Of a stretch of 64,000 nucleotides of DNA, positions 11,063 to 24,588 are shown one piece after another. How positions within the stretch are numbered: position 1 is the first letter of the stretch; each line of letters begins with the position of its first letter. The translations under genes were made by a program, and so were the position numbers. The notes beneath the pieces were generated by a model. It made no database searches. It saw only the letters and a program-made list of their open reading frames with translations, and was not told where the DNA came from. This stretch comes from Alloascoidea hylecoeti (Eukaryota), in the NCBI GenBank assembly GCA_001600815.1, contig BCKZ01000032.1, positions 1-64,000 on the forward strand, written 5' to 3'.

Positions 11063-14000
11063 ATGGGCTCATCAGACTCCCCTACAAGCATACCCGATAC
11101 ACAAAAAGATGAGACCCAACCACCAAATACGCCAGATCCTCAAATGCCAAGGAACATTGTATCTCCAGACACTACCGATTCATTACCAAGAACCCCAGAT
11201 TCTGGGTTGAAAGGACAAACTATTATCGACACTGTTCATGGACTTGAAAATCATGATTCTAATAGTGCAACACCCGATTCAATAATTAGCTCAGAGCCTG
11301 TTATGCCAAATTGCGAACACGCTACAGACCATGAAAACTCGGAATCACCTACGACATTTAATATATTCATTAATGCAGACCAAGATGAGAACGAGTCGGT
11401 AGGCCAGCCCAGCAACGAGATATCGAATGATGCAGAACAGGACTCTACTAAACAAACATCCATTTCAAACAGTAATCTCACAGATAAACCCCGGGGTTTT
11501 TCCTCTTTATCAACGGCTACATTAGGTTCAGTTAATGCTAATCTAGTTTCGGTGGTTTTTGTTAAAAAGGCGCTGGAAAATATAAACAAAAGTAAAGAGG
11601 CGAAGAAAAATATCCCTCTTCAAACATCTTCTAAGAAAGCTTTAGGTAAGTGACATTTCGGTAGATAATTATTCAGTATATTAACAGTTCTTTCTTTTAT
11701 CACTAGAACAATTGGCCAAAGGCATATTACCTCCCCCAACTGTCATCTACGAGCCCTTGCAACTGGCCTGTCAAACTAACAGCAATCAACTGAAAGTTAT
11801 TGCGCTGGATTGTATTAGTAAACTATTTTCATCCTTTTATTATTTTGAACTATCAGAGGATCATTCAATTGAAAACTCAGAAGAATCTTTCCCTCCTAAA
11901 GTAGATGTAATTGATAAAGTTATTGATGCTGTCAGCACATGCTTCACTGGAGAAGGATGTGATGAACATGTGGAACTACAGGTGGTCAAAGCCTTAATGG
12001 CGGGTGTTTTAAATGAAACCGTTATCTGTCATGGTGCCACCTTACTTAAAGCAATTCGGCAGATTTATAATGTTTTCATTCTTTCCTTTTCAATTGAAAA
12101 TCAAATTACTGCCCAAGCAAGTCTATCACAAATTATAAATACAGTCTTTGATAGAGTGAAAACAATCAGCAATAGAAAAGATGGCCATTTTCCTCACGCA
12201 AGTACTGGAATGTATAGCGCCTCCGAGTTATCATTCGCACATTATCCAGCAAAATCGGAATCTAGTATAAATATATCATCCGAAGCGAACGGAAAGGGGA
12301 AAATGACACTCAGAAATTTTGAAGATATAAAAGAAATCGACGAAGAAAAAATCAACGTTGAAAATGAAGAAGAAGAAGATTTATGTGTCAAAGATGCTTT
12401 CTTGGTCTTCAGAACAATGTGTAAATTATCTATTAAAGCATTAGATAATGAAGTTTGGGATATGAAATCACATTCAATGAGATCTAAACTTTTATCACTT
12501 CATATGGTTCATACAATACTAAAAACTCACATGTCTGTTTTCATATCACCGAAAGTTGTTATAAAATCACTATTGGCAAAAGATGAAACACTATTTAGTG
12601 AAGCAATCAATCAATATCTCTGCTTGGCTTTATCCAGAAATGCAACAAGTAGTATTCCTCCCATTTTCGAATTATCTATCGAAATTTTTTGGTTGGTAGT
12701 CAGTAATATGAGAGGGCAATTTAAAAGAGAGATAGAAGTATTTTTCAGAGAAATATATTTCCCAATTGCTGAAATGAAAACTTCTACTGCACATCAAAAA
12801 CAATATCTTTTATCGGTCATTCGAAGATTATGTTATGATCCAAGGGCATTGGTAGAAATATATCTTAATTATGATTGTGATAAATCTACAGAAAACATAT
12901 TAGAACGTATAATTGGTATCCTTACGAAACAAGCAACTACATATGTTCGAATGACGCATACCCAAGAAGCCAATTACCTTGAAAGTTTAAAGCGACCATT
13001 ATCTACTTATAATCCATCATCATTGCCTTCCGTTGCTATAACACATGCAACACACGCCATTGCGCAATATCATTCTGATCTTTTCCCGGTTGAATACTCA
13101 CTAAAGATCGAATCTCTTCAATGTCTAGTAGATATTTTAAGATCTTTATACAGTTGGTCACAAAAGCGGGTCACAGTAGAAACACCAAACACTCTTCCAG
13201 ACACTATACCGCAATCCTCTAATGGTAAAGCACATGCCCATAACAATAGATCTAATTTATCACTATCAGCACATGTCTATAGTTATTCTAACGTCTCACT
13301 CCATGAAAGCACACTCAGTGTAGATGACCCTACGCAATTTGAATCCGTCAAGCTTAGAAAAAATGCTCTTTCTGAAGGTCTTAAACAATTCAATTTTAAT
13401 CCAAAAAAAGGAATAGAGTTTTTAATAGAACGAGGTTTTATCAACTCTGATAAACCTTTCGATATTGCAAAGTTTTTACTAACAGCAGAGGGATTAGACA
13501 AGGCGGTAATTGGTGAATATTTAGGAGGAAAACAAGAAAAAAATGTTGCAATCATGCATGCTTTAGCTGATATGATGGAATTTTCTTCTATGACTTTTGT
13601 AGATGCACTGAGAAAGTTCTTGCAACCGTTTAGATTACCAGGCGAGTCCCAACAAATTGATAGATTCATGCTGAAATTTGCAGAACGGTTTGTTTCAGGA
13701 AATCCAGATGTTTTTGCAAATGCCGATACGGCCTATGTTCTGGCCTATTCTGTTATCATGTTAAACACCGATCAACATAGCCCTCAGGTGAAAAATAGAA
13801 TGACACAAGAAGAGTTCATTAAAAATAATAGGGGTATAAATGACAATCAGGATCTACCGAAGCAATTATTAATAGATATCTTCGAGGATATTCAAAGCAA
13901 TGAAATTAAATTGCAATCCGAACAACAAGCAGCAATTGTATCTGGGGATCCTCATCCAAGCAATAATTCAACTACCAAATTCCTCCCATTCTCATCACGA

Positions 14001-16796
14001 GATATACAAAAGGAGGCTTATATGATGGCGTCTAGAGAAATGTCATCCAAGACCGAAAAATTAGTGCGAAGTTTCAGTAGGAGAAGTAGAGCTGAAAAAA
14101 CAGCCGACAAAACAGTTTTTTATTATGCATCTCACATTGAACATGTTAAGTCTATTTTTGAATCTCAATGGATGTCATTTTTAGCTGGGGTTACTAGCTC
14201 ATTTCAGGATTATGATAGTCAAGATGTTGTAATAACATCTCTTGAAGGAGTTAAAAATTCAATCAGGATCGCGTGTTTTTTTGATATCGAGCTTGCAAGA
14301 ACTTCATTCGTAGGTACACTTGCTCGCTTTACAAGCTTAACAAAATTCAGTGAGATAAGGGGAAAGAACATCAAAGCTATCATAATGTTACTGGACATTG
14401 CACAGTCTGAAGGAAACTATCTAAAATCGTCTTGGTATGACGTTTTAATATGTGTTTCACAATTAGAACGATTCCAGTTAATTAGCTCTGGGATTGAAGC
14501 AGGTGTTATACCTGATTTAACAAATGCTAAAATTGCAAGCCCAGACAAGGATCCTTCTGTCTCTCCCACCTCAAATCCTTTCAGTTTCAACTATATATTT
14601 GGACCAAAAGCAAGAAGCAATAGCACATCTACATATTATTCACAACAAGTTATGGGACAGAACTTTGATCCAGAAATATCAGAGGCAGTCAAACAAACAG
14701 ACATTGTTGTTGCCATGGACAAGATATTTACCGAGAGCTCGAAGTTATCAGGAGATGCAATTGTGGATTTTGTAAAAGGACTAACTAAGGTATCTTCAGA
14801 CGAAATCGATTCTTCGGATCCTAAGACAGAGAATCCCCGTATGTTTTCATTACAGAAGATGGTTTACATCTGTTATTACAACATGGATCGTATTAGAGTA
14901 CAATGGTCGAATCTTTGGGCTGTGATGGGAGAGCAATTTAACCAAGCCTGTTGCAATCCTAATAAGAATGTTTTCTTTTTCGCTTTAGATTCTTTGCGCC
15001 AACTATCTGTAAGATTTTTTGAGATAGGTGAACTTCCTCATTTTAAGTTTCAAAAAGAGTTTCTGGGACCTTTTCAATATGTTATGATTCATAATTCCTC
15101 TCAGTCGGCAAAGGAGTTAGTGTTAGAATGTCTTAGTAATATGTTACTGACCAAGGCATCTTCGATCAAATCAGGTTGGAAAACATTACTTGGAGCTTTG
15201 GCAGTGGGAGCAAAAGATGCTAATGAGGTAATTGTGAGAAACAGTTTTGATCTTGTTTATAACATTTATGATAAGTACGCGAAGGAGGTCTATTCACAAG
15301 ACTATTTTACGGATCTTGTTCATTGTTTCGCCGAATTAACGAAAAATAAAAACTTTCCTAAACTTAGTCTTCATAGTTTGGAAACTCTACATGGGATGGT
15401 CACCAAATTTGGTGATCTTGATCTTCAATTTACGGGCGGCACCGGTGAAACTGAACCTACTGATACTCCTCCTTTGAATCTGGAAGAGGAGGCATTTAAT
15501 AAACTATGGTTACCAGTTCTAACTGGATTACGGGATGTCTTAATGACAGCTGATGATCTTGAAGTTAGATCTCGAGCTCTGAAATACTTATTTGATATTC
15601 TTACGCAATATGGCAGCGCATTTGAATTTGCTTTTTGGAAACAAATATGTGAAAAGATCCTGTTTGAAATGCTTTCCGTCCTGAAATCAAAGGAAGGTGA
15701 AAATAAACAATTTAGCAATCCCGATGATTTATCCATTTGGTTATCTACCACTCTTATTCAGGCCACCAAAAATATTATTAAATTATTTGGGTATTATTTT
15801 GATATATTAGGTCAAATGCTAGATGGATTTCTAGACTTGATTATTATCTGTATTTGTCAAGAGAATGATACCATCGCTAGAGTTGGGCGAGCTTGCTTTC
15901 AACAGATGATTATTGAAAGCATGTCAAGATTTGATGATAATCAATGGAACAGAGTTATAAGCTGTTTTGAGACTCTATTTGATAATACTTCACCTTACGA
16001 ACTGTTTTTAAAAAACACGGAAGACATCGACTCAACTGTACCGGAAGGTATTAAAGATAAGAAATTGGGTGATAAAGAAATCGAAGACGAAAATGAAAAA
16101 GAATTACGAAGGGATATTTATCAGGATGGTTCGCTATCTACAGACACAGACACAATCTCACATAAGATTTCGCATAACGTCATTATCGTTAAATGTGTCC
16201 TACAGCTTCTGATGATTGAAACAGTTGGTGAGTTGATTAGCGATTTGAAATTCTATTCTTTAGTACCAATGGAAGAGCTCTTACGATTATCTGGGTATCT
16301 TGAAAAGAGTTTTATATTTGCACAGAGATTTAATGAAGATAGAGAGTTAAGAATCCGATTATGGCAGCAAGGATTTATGAAACAGCTTCCAAATCTCTTA
16401 AAGCAAGAAACGACAGCGGCTGCAGTATACATCAAACTAATGTTTAAGATTTATAGTGATCCAAATAGGACCCTGACCACAGAATATCAGGATTTGATCC
16501 AAACACATTTAATTCCATTATGTGTCGATGTGGTCAATAAGTATGTTGGATTAGATGATTCAACCATAGAGAATAAAAAACATTTATCAACTTGGCGACC
16601 GGTTTTATCAGAAATGTTAAAAGGGTACTCCTTACTAGCAACAGAAGACTTTGCTTATAATGCTACAATTATTTACGATTTACTGCTCCGGGTATTAGAC
16701 AAGAAAATTTCAAATGATTTACAAATTGCAATTAAATACTTTTTGGTTCGAACCAGAGACGTTTTTATAAAGGATAAAGAAGCGGTTGAAGCATGA
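11063..16796 (+). CDS. SEC7: ARF guanine-nucleotide exchange factor Sec7 (BIG type); exons 11063-11645 and 11707-16796
   Basis: Sec7 domain FRLPGESQQIDR, HUS box YLNYDCD; intron GTAAGT...TATTAAC...TAG joins both ORFs in frame. Confidence 0.95.
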
Positions 16797-17028
16797 TACA
16801 ACAGCATTATAGTGTATAGTTATATATACTTATATATATAAGGCTTACAGGATGATACAAGTAAAGTACATTTACTACATTATATATAATTAACAAAAGT
16901 TTTGATTTTCAGAATTTCATTACTAAAAAAAAGTGTGACTGCTAATGTAAGGTACAAATCCGATACTCAAGAATACCTAACTAGAGTATATTTCAGAACA
17001 CCACTCACAAATTATGCTTGAATTGATC

Positions 17029-17035
17029 CGGGTAA
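17029..17035 (-). promoter_or_regulatory. Reb1-type site TTACCCG (also at 30391, 48187, 51819)
   Basis: Consensus match about 55-120 bp upstream of the starts of STM1, PRP45, BIK1 and the Zn2Cys6 gene. Confidence 0.55.
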
Positions 17036-17128
17036 TCCAACATCGAAGGAGAAAAAAATCTAACATCTTTTTTCCATTTTATCTATACTTTGCAAAACAC
17101 TTCATAAATAAAAGGGAATACTAAAGCA

Positions 17129-18277
17129 ATGTCTGCCAATAAGGTAAGTTTGGGATTTTAATTGAGGGTTTGGATAACCGTGTTGGCGTTCTTGATTCAA
17201 TTATAGATTTGTGTCTACGATTGAAATATGATGATCTCATTGAATTTCGTCAGATGATCAAAAAATCATTCGAAATAATTAGGTCAATTATCCTCTACAT
17301 TCTATGCTACATCATTATTATGGTAATTGAAACTAACTGATTCATTCTAGAACTTGTTTGCACTTTTGGGTATGAATTTATTTTTGGGCTTTGGAGCAGG
17401 ATCATCGCTGAAAAGTTGCTCAGTTTGATTCTCGGGTGAACGACATTATTTGTAAATGTCGATAATATTTATTTACTTTTGAATAGTGGATTAACATTTA
17501 TATAAAGGCAACGACGTTGAAGACGACTCTACACCAGCTGCTCTACCAAAGGAGATTGTCAAGAAAAACACACATACAAAGAAGGTGGACTCCAACCCCG
17601 CTTCCGGAAAACCTCAGTCAAAAAACCGTACAAGAACAACTGGCAATGAAGCAGCTTTCAGATCCAACACTGGACGTCAAAATAATCGTGAAAAATCTAC
17701 TGAGGGTACTGCTCCAGCAAGATCTGGCAAACCAAAGAGAAGTGAACGTCCAGACCGTAGATCACAAACAGGAAAAGTTGACACTGAGAAGAAAACCAAA
17801 AAAGGTTGGGGTGATGACAATCAAGAATTAGAGGAGGAAGTTGCTGGCGAAGAAATTGCCCAAGCTGAATTGGAAGCGGATGCTGCTGAAGTTGCTGAAC
17901 CTGTCGAGAAGGCAAAATCTTTGGAAGAGTACTTGGCCGAATTATCTGTTAAGAGGGAAGGCCTATCAACTGGACCTACCCGTCAAGCTAATGATGGTGA
18001 TGAAGACTGGGCCAACAAGGCTGAGGTCGTCAAGAAAGTTCAAGGAGAATACTTTGCTGGTAATAAGCATGAAAAAGTTTCTCACAAAAAGACTAAGAAG
18101 GAAAAAGTTTACCTCGATTTTGATGCCAGGTTTGCTCATGAATCTAGTAGAGGTGGACGAGGAGACCGTGGTGGTTTCAGAGGCGGACGAGGCGGAAGAA
18201 GAGGTGACCGTCAATCACGCCCATCTCAAGCAACTCCATCTAACGACGATGCTAATTTCCCATCATTAGGAAAATAA
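17129..18277 (+). CDS. STM1: Stm1 / SERBP1-family ribosome hibernation factor; exons 17129-17143, 17351-17369, 17508-18277
   Basis: Spliced N-terminus MSANKNLFALLGNDVEDD, then DRRSQTG, GWG, RGG tract and NFPSL terminus. Confidence 0.9.
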
Positions 18278-19422
18278 ATGACAATTAAATAGTCCTCAAT
18301 GCCTTATTGTGCTATACTACAACATCAGGTATGCTGAAAAACTTGCGTATATGATATCTGTATAACCGCTATACATATAATATATATGTTCTATCCCTTT
18401 AAATATATATAATGTTACTTGTAATATTGTTGATGATTAACATTTCCTTTAAACCAATATAAACTTAAGGTTTCTTTGTCTTTTTAGAATACATAAGGGA
18501 CAACCCTAAGCTCAATTATAATTAGGGCTTCAACACTATAAAAATTTTTACTTTTTCGATACTTTCTCTCAGTTATATTATGTCTTCCAACAAAAATGTA
18601 AGTAAAATTTGAAATATATTCTTCGAATAGCTAGAATGATGAAAAGAATTTATAAAACAGTTATCCCTGTCTTAATCATCTGTGTTGAGAATAATTTGCT
18701 GATAATAGCTACTTAGAAGAAAGATTATAAAACAGACTTTATTCATACGTACTAATCAAAGTTTTGTATAGGTCATTTCACACACACGATCGCGATTTGA
18801 AAAATTGGCAATAACGGTTCATAATTACCGTAACTTATATATTAGCATATGTAGTTTTAATAGTTTTTAATCATATCTTTTCCATTGTTATAAGAAAACA
18901 TAATCGTAGGATTTCCACTAGCGCTAGTATTGTAATACAAACCATTATACACACAAAATATCTCATGAAATATAGATCATAACTCATATTAAATCTCCAG
19001 TTAAAATTATAAACTTCGTAAAAACGCATAGTCATAGCAATTTACAGCACAACTACAAATATTTCGTATATTTGATGTCATTTAATTTAAACCTTGTAGG
19101 AGATAAATTTTCCATATGTTAGAAACCTAATCTTTTCTTTCTTTACTTTAATACTCCATTATGAAAGAAAACAGAATCAATATTATTCATCATAGAAAAA
19201 ATTCAAGTCAAAGTCCATAATAATGAAATTCACCACCGACTATCATGAATTATATATATAATATATATCTATATAAAGGAAGAGAGAAACATAATTCAAG
19301 GACCGAGAAAAAAATAAAAATAAAGAAAAACAATAAAGACCAAAAAAAAAAAAGAGAAACACCTATAAATCAAATGGTATATTGTCAGCATATTCAAGTC
19401 AAGTACTATCGCAAGACTAAAA

Positions 19423-20883
19423 TCACAAACTCTTCAAGTTAACCAGAGCATATATGGCTTCTTGTTCTCTTGATAATGCATCTCCAACATTATTATTACC
19501 ATTAATAGTTTCATTTTCATTTTCATTTTGACTTTGATTAATGTTGATATTAATCTGACCATTTATTGCTTTTAAATGATTAAACGAGTCGGTATTGAAA
19601 CCATTGGAACTAGATGTAAGGGAAGTTGCAGAAAACGATGGAGCTCTAGATGTTGTTTTGTTTAATATTGTTTCTATACTTGCAATTCCACGATCAGTAA
19701 CGGAACCGATATTTGGAGTACTTATTCCAGATGATTTTCTTAGGGATTCGGCACCAATGGATTGCCAATCTTCTTCATCAGTATCAGAATGATGGGACGA
19801 AGAATTTGTTCTTAAGAAGGAATTTTGGGGGGGATGACAAACATTTGGACTGTTTCTAATATCGGAAGTATGGCTACTATAATAACCATAGTTGAAGTTA
19901 TAATTTTTGATCTCATCAGTGAAATATGGAAAACTTATATTGGAAGTAACTGGAACCGACGAAGAAAATTCCGGCTTATTATTATTGGGAAAGGATATAC
20001 TTGGTGTCTGTCTGTCTTTTTGAGAGTTAACTCGTTTCCGTCGCAAAGGTTTATTGTGAAACATCATATCATCATCAGCAAGGTCTATATCCGAGTCTTC
20101 ATCTTCATTCTCATCAATATCGCTGCTGTCGTCATCTATTGCAGATTCTGAAGAACGCGTTGCCAGAGCCGATCTGAAATTTGGAGAGAATGGAACGCGA
20201 GTGTTATGCGGATCATTTTTAGGATTGGTGATACTCTCTCTACGGATATTGAGAGAATTTTGAAGTCGAGTATTTCCATTTTCAGTCCCATTTGTAAGTC
20301 CGTTACTTTTCATAACGGAGCCTCTCTTGGCGGCCCACTGGCCCCACCCGACTTTTTCAAAAGAAATAGCGTGTTCGGGATCTCCAGTCTCGAGGGCTGC
20401 AATGATAAGCCTGCGTTGTTTGGAGAGAGACAGATTAGCAAAACCTGGGATGGTCATAGCCAGATGACTTGTGATATGTCTGATAGCCAAAGGGCCTTGG
20501 GCAGCTAGCAAAGAAGCGATTCGTTCTGGAGTTACGGCGGCGGCGGCGGCGATGCCCATTGGCGAGGAGGTTGATAGTAGGCCGTTCACGGGAACAGCTG
20601 GAGCCGAGGAGGAAACAGCAGTATTCATTGCTTCGGAGGACAACCTGCGTAAACGAGCACCCGAGCTGGCGCTGTTATGGTTGGAGCTGGTTGATGGAAT
20701 GGGGTATGGAGAATGATTGTGTCTCTTGTGTCCGGGGAGTGAGCCTGAGGAGGTTCCTAGGGTGGTTCCCGAGGTGGCTGGAGTAGACAGGGGAGTGTGG
20801 CGGCCCAACTGTATACCTACAGGCATGGTGGAAGGGTGATCAGGCGTGATATTGGAGGGGGGCGACAAGGGCTGGGAAAACAT
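19423..20883 (-). CDS. STB3: Stb3-like RRPE / Sin3-binding protein; start codon uncertain
   Basis: TPERIASLL..GPLAIRHIT..LSLSKQRRLI..FEKVGWGQW, RRESI, DTDEEDW and C-terminal EAIYALVNL. Confidence 0.85.
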   Translation of the reverse strand: MFSQPLSPPSNITPDHPSTMPVGIQLGRHTPLSTPATSGTTLGTSSGSLPGHKRHNHSPYPIPSTSSNHNSASSGARLRRLSSEAMNTAVSSSAPAVPVNGLLSTSSPMGIAAAAAVTPERIASLLAAQGPLAIRHITSHLAMTIPGFANLSLSKQRRLIIAALETGDPEHAISFEKVGWGQWAAKRGSVMKSNGLTNGTENGNTRLQNSLNIRRESITNPKNDPHNTRVPFSPNFRSALATRSSESAIDDDSSDIDENEDEDSDIDLADDDMMFHNKPLRRKRVNSQKDRQTPSISFPNNNKPEFSSSVPVTSNISFPYFTDEIKNYNFNYGYYSSHTSDIRNSPNVCHPPQNSFLRTNSSSHHSDTDEEDWQSIGAESLRKSSGISTPNIGSVTDRGIASIETILNKTTSRAPSFSATSLTSSSNGFNTDSFNHLKAINGQINININQSQNENENETINGNNNVGDALSREQEAIYALVNLKSL

Positions 20884-21280
20884 TTGGTAAAATTTGTGGG
20901 TCTGGAAGTCTCCTTCTACTAAACTTAAGAGTGGAGACAAGATGTCATTTTTCGGGTACACCTTCAGGTCGTTCTGCTGCAGCACATGTCGGGTCATAGG
21001 GCCTACCAAACACGTGCTCTTTCATTGTTAACACAATTTATTGTCACAACATAATAGAGCTACGTAAAATTTTACATTGATAATAAATTAAATACAGTTC
21101 AATTATATTATTCTATGCCATTAAAATCCTTTAATGATACATAATCTAATTATATAACCCATAAACACAAACAAACATGAAATTAAAAACATTTAAAAAA
21201 GAACTACTTAAAATAGATAACCTTCTTCTCCTAAATAAATCTTTCTTTTAGTACAATAATAGAATCTAGTCATAAAACAT

Positions 21281-23239
21281 TTAATCGACTTCTTCAACAG
21301 TTGGTCCATCATTACCTGGAGCACCGGCACCGGCACCTGGGAATCCACCTGGAGCGCCACCTGGGAATCCGGCACCACCTGGCATACCACCAGCTGGAGC
21401 ACCACCATCTTGATAGAACTTCATCATTATTGGGTTAGCAATTCCTTCTAATTCCTTTTGTTTAGCTTCAAACTCTTCAGTAGCAGCAGTTTGGTTATCA
21501 TCTAACCAAGAAATGGTCTCTTCAATTTCCTTTTCCAATTTGGTTCTGTCTTCTTCAGTGACCTTCTCTTTGAATTTCTCTTCAGATAATGTACTCTTTA
21601 ATGAGTAAGAGAACGATTCCAAAGCATTCTTAGCAGCAATACGAGAAGCTTCTTTGTCATCTTCCTCTTTGTATTTCTCAGCTTCTGAAACCATACGCTC
21701 AATATCTTCCTTGGACAAACGGCCCTTATCATTGGTAATTGTAATCTTGTTGGATTTACCTGTACCCTTTTCGACGGCACTGACATTCAAGATACCATTG
21801 GCATCAATATCAAAAGTGACTTCAATTTGTGGAACACCACGTGGTGCTGGAGGAATACCTGAAAGCTCAAATTTACCTAATAAGTTGTTATCCTTTGTTC
21901 TGGCACGTTCACCTTCAAAAACTTGAATCAAGACACCAGGTTGGTTATCAGCATATGTAGAGAAAGTTTCAGACTTCTTGGTTGGAATGGTACTGTTTCT
22001 TGGAATCAATTTGGTCATGACACCACCAGCAGTTTCAATACCTAAAGACAATGGAGCGACATCTAAAAGTAATAAGTCTTGTGTCTTAGAAGAAGTATCA
22101 CCAGTTAAGATAGCAGCTTGGACGGCGGCACCATAGGCAACAGCTTCATCAGGGTTGATTGATCTATTTGGTTCCTTGCCATTAAAGAAATCAGAAACTA
22201 ATTTTTGAACCTTAGGAATACGAGTGGACCCACCAACGAGGACAATTTCATCAACAGACGATTTATCAATCTTGGAATCTCTTAAGACTTTTTCAACAGG
22301 ATCTAAAGTAGATCTGAACAAGTCTTGACATAATTCTTCAAATCTAGCTCTGGTAATTGAAGTATAGAAATCAATACCTTCAAATAAAGAATCAATCTCA
22401 ACAGATGTTTGAGCAGAAGATGATAAAGTTCTCTTTGCACGTTCACAAGCAGTTCTTAATCTTCTAAGAGCTCTTTGGTTTGAACTCAAATCCTTTTTGT
22501 GTTTTCTCTTGAATTCGTTAACGAAATGGGTGACCAACCTGTGATCAAAATCTTCACCACCTAAATGTGTATCACCAGCAGTTGCCTTAACTTCAAAGAT
22601 ACCATCTTCAATAGACAATAAAGAAACATCAAAAGTACCACCACCTAAATCGAAAATTAAGACATTCTTTTCACCTTCATCCTTCTTGTCTAAACCATAA
22701 GCAATGGCAGCAGCAGTAGGCTCATTGATAATACGTAAAACGTTAACACCTGCAATTAAACCAGCATCCTTTGTAGCTTGACGTTGAGAATCGTTGAAGT
22801 AGGCTGGAACGGTAATAACAGCATCGGTAACCTTACCTCCTAAAAAGTTTTCAGCAGTTTCCTTCATCTTTGTCAAAATCATGGAAGAGATTTCTTCAGG
22901 TGAAAAGACCTTTGTTTCACCTTTAAATTCAACTTGAACTTGTGGCTTACCAGCTTTATCGACAACCTTGAAAGGGAAATGTTTAACATCACCCTGGACC
23001 TCAGCATCAGTGAATTTTCTACCAATCAAACGCTTAGCATCGAAGACAGTGTTTGAAGGGTTCATAGCAGCTTGATTCTTAGCAGCATCACCAATAAGAC
23101 GTTCTGAATCTGTGAAAGCAACAAAAGAAGGAGTAGTTCTGTTACCTTGGTCATTGGCAATGATCTCAACTCGATCATTGGAGAAATGTGCAACACAAGA
23201 GTATGTTGTTCCTAGATCAATACCGACAGATTTGCTCAT
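21281..23239 (-). CDS. SSA1: Cytosolic Hsp70, SSA subfamily (paralog number not assignable)
   Basis: [18 protein letters not shown]-terminal GPTVEEVD. Confidence 0.97.
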   Translation of the reverse strand: MSKSVGIDLGTTYSCVAHFSNDRVEIIANDQGNRTTPSFVAFTDSERLIGDAAKNQAAMNPSNTVFDAKRLIGRKFTDAEVQGDVKHFPFKVVDKAGKPQVQVEFKGETKVFSPEEISSMILTKMKETAENFLGGKVTDAVITVPAYFNDSQRQATKDAGLIAGVNVLRIINEPTAAAIAYGLDKKDEGEKNVLIFDLGGGTFDVSLLSIEDGIFEVKATAGDTHLGGEDFDHRLVTHFVNEFKRKHKKDLSSNQRALRRLRTACERAKRTLSSSAQTSVEIDSLFEGIDFYTSITRARFEELCQDLFRSTLDPVEKVLRDSKIDKSSVDEIVLVGGSTRIPKVQKLVSDFFNGKEPNRSINPDEAVAYGAAVQAAILTGDTSSKTQDLLLLDVAPLSLGIETAGGVMTKLIPRNSTIPTKKSETFSTYADNQPGVLIQVFEGERARTKDNNLLGKFELSGIPPAPRGVPQIEVTFDIDANGILNVSAVEKGTGKSNKITITNDKGRLSKEDIERMVSEAEKYKEEDDKEASRIAAKNALESFSYSLKSTLSEEKFKEKVTEEDRTKLEKEIEETISWLDDNQTAATEEFEAKQKELEGIANPIMMKFYQDGGAPAGGMPGGAGFPGGAPGGFPGAGAGAPGNDGPTVEEVD

Positions 23240-23333
23240 TATGTGTAATATGTAATTATTAAATAAAGAGGAGTATATGAAAAGAAAAAATTGGGTTGGG
23301 AAATTTTCATTCTTATATATCCAAATTTTTCAC

Positions 23334-23461
23334 AGAAGGTTCTATCAGTTTCCGATTTTTGGTATCAGACGAGAGCAACCGAAACGGGTCTTTTTCTCCG
23401 GGCCTCATTAGTTCTGCGTATCCGAACCTTCTCGGGTCTTCCAGTGGCTTCGACGGCTTTC
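23334..23461. promoter_or_regulatory. Heat-shock elements upstream of the Hsp70 gene
   Basis: aGAAggTTCt near 23334; GAAccTTC at 23424 with TTC repeated every 10 bp (23429, 23439, 23449, 23459); TATA-like element near 23312-23320. Confidence 0.75.
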
Positions 23462-23856
23462 CGGGCCCGGGCAAGTGATGTCACTTAATTATATGAATGG
23501 CGACCACGTGCTTTTTCCGATCATTCTGGCAACTTCTGGTAATATCAATTCCTAATTCGTTAATATTCATAGGTTCAAAAATCAGGACTCCCTTTTCTAA
23601 AAACCTGCCATGTCTCTTTAAAAATGAAGAGTGGATGCGACTTGCCGGTGATATTCAACATTATCCAAAGGAGCATCGGCCACTGCTGTCCCGCTAGAGG
23701 GAGGGATTCTTATTTGTAAAGGAACTAGTTAGCCCTCTTACAAAAGTAGAAGCAAATCTGAGAATGCATGAATGCTGAAGTGTTGAATAATAAATGGATA
23801 TGAATAGGGCGATTTGTCATGTATTTCTAGTTTCTTCTTTAAGTATCACTAAGTTA

Positions 23857-24391
23857 TTTTTTTTTTAACTTTTCATATATTTTCCAATCAAATTATATAA
23901 CTAAAAACTATGTAAATTCTGAGGAAATCTCTACTACATATAGTGAAATAAAAACCTCTTTTTCTATTCTTCTTATTTTCAAACACAATTGTAACTAAAG
24001 CCATAGACCAAGAAGGCCTGCCCTTGGAGTAAGGTTAGTTCCTTCGCACTTCATGTAAAGGAGCAATCATGACATCGTCATTATTTTGGTTGTTCCTTTG
24101 GTTATCATTTCGCGAGTAGATTTAACATTTCTTGGATGCATTTTTATATTGGTTCGGAAACACATGCCCTTGAGCTCATTACCTCAATGCTGGGATACAT
24201 TGTATCTCTTTATTACTTCTAAGACTTTTATATTAATAGCTTTTGGATTTATCCATATAAACATAAGATAAATCCCACTTTTAAAGAGGGGGGGGGGGGG
24301 AGTAGCTTTAATACATTTTTCCTGTTTAGATCGTCGTCTGTATCTGATTCCGCCAGTTTTTTTTTTTTAACTTTTCATATATTTTCCAATC
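23857..24391 (-). mobile_element. Two tandem 5'-truncated poly(A)-tailed elements (putative non-LTR retrotransposon ends)
   Basis: Identical GATTGGAAAATATATGAAAAGTT plus A10 / A12 at 23857-23889 and 24357-24391; homolog at 56773-56882. Confidence 0.65.
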
Positions 24392-24442
24392 TATTGTAAG
24401 CTATTAAGTGATTAGTAGCTTACTTTACACCTCACATCAACT

Positions 24443-24514
24443 AGCGGCGTGGCGCAGCGGAAGCGCGCAGGGCTCATAACCCTGATGTCCTCGGATCGAA
24501 ACCGAGCGCCGCTA
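24443..24514 (+). tRNA. IMT: Initiator tRNA-Met (CAT)
   Basis: A1-U72 pair, GGG/CCC anticodon stem, T-loop GATCGAAA, downstream T5. Confidence 0.97.
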
Positions 24515-24588
24515 AATATTTTTGGGAAAAAGTTCAGATTTGTTTTTACCATACAATAAAAATCTTTTTATTTTCACAATTTTATGAT

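Noticed and set aside
11712..16796. Alternative CUG decoding
   Set aside because: CTG codons fall at conserved Leu positions (ALDC, FMLKF), consistent with the standard code.
23857..24391. 33-bp direct repeat read as a target-site duplication
   Set aside because: A homolog with ~100 bp of further similarity at 56773-56882 shows it is an element 3' end.
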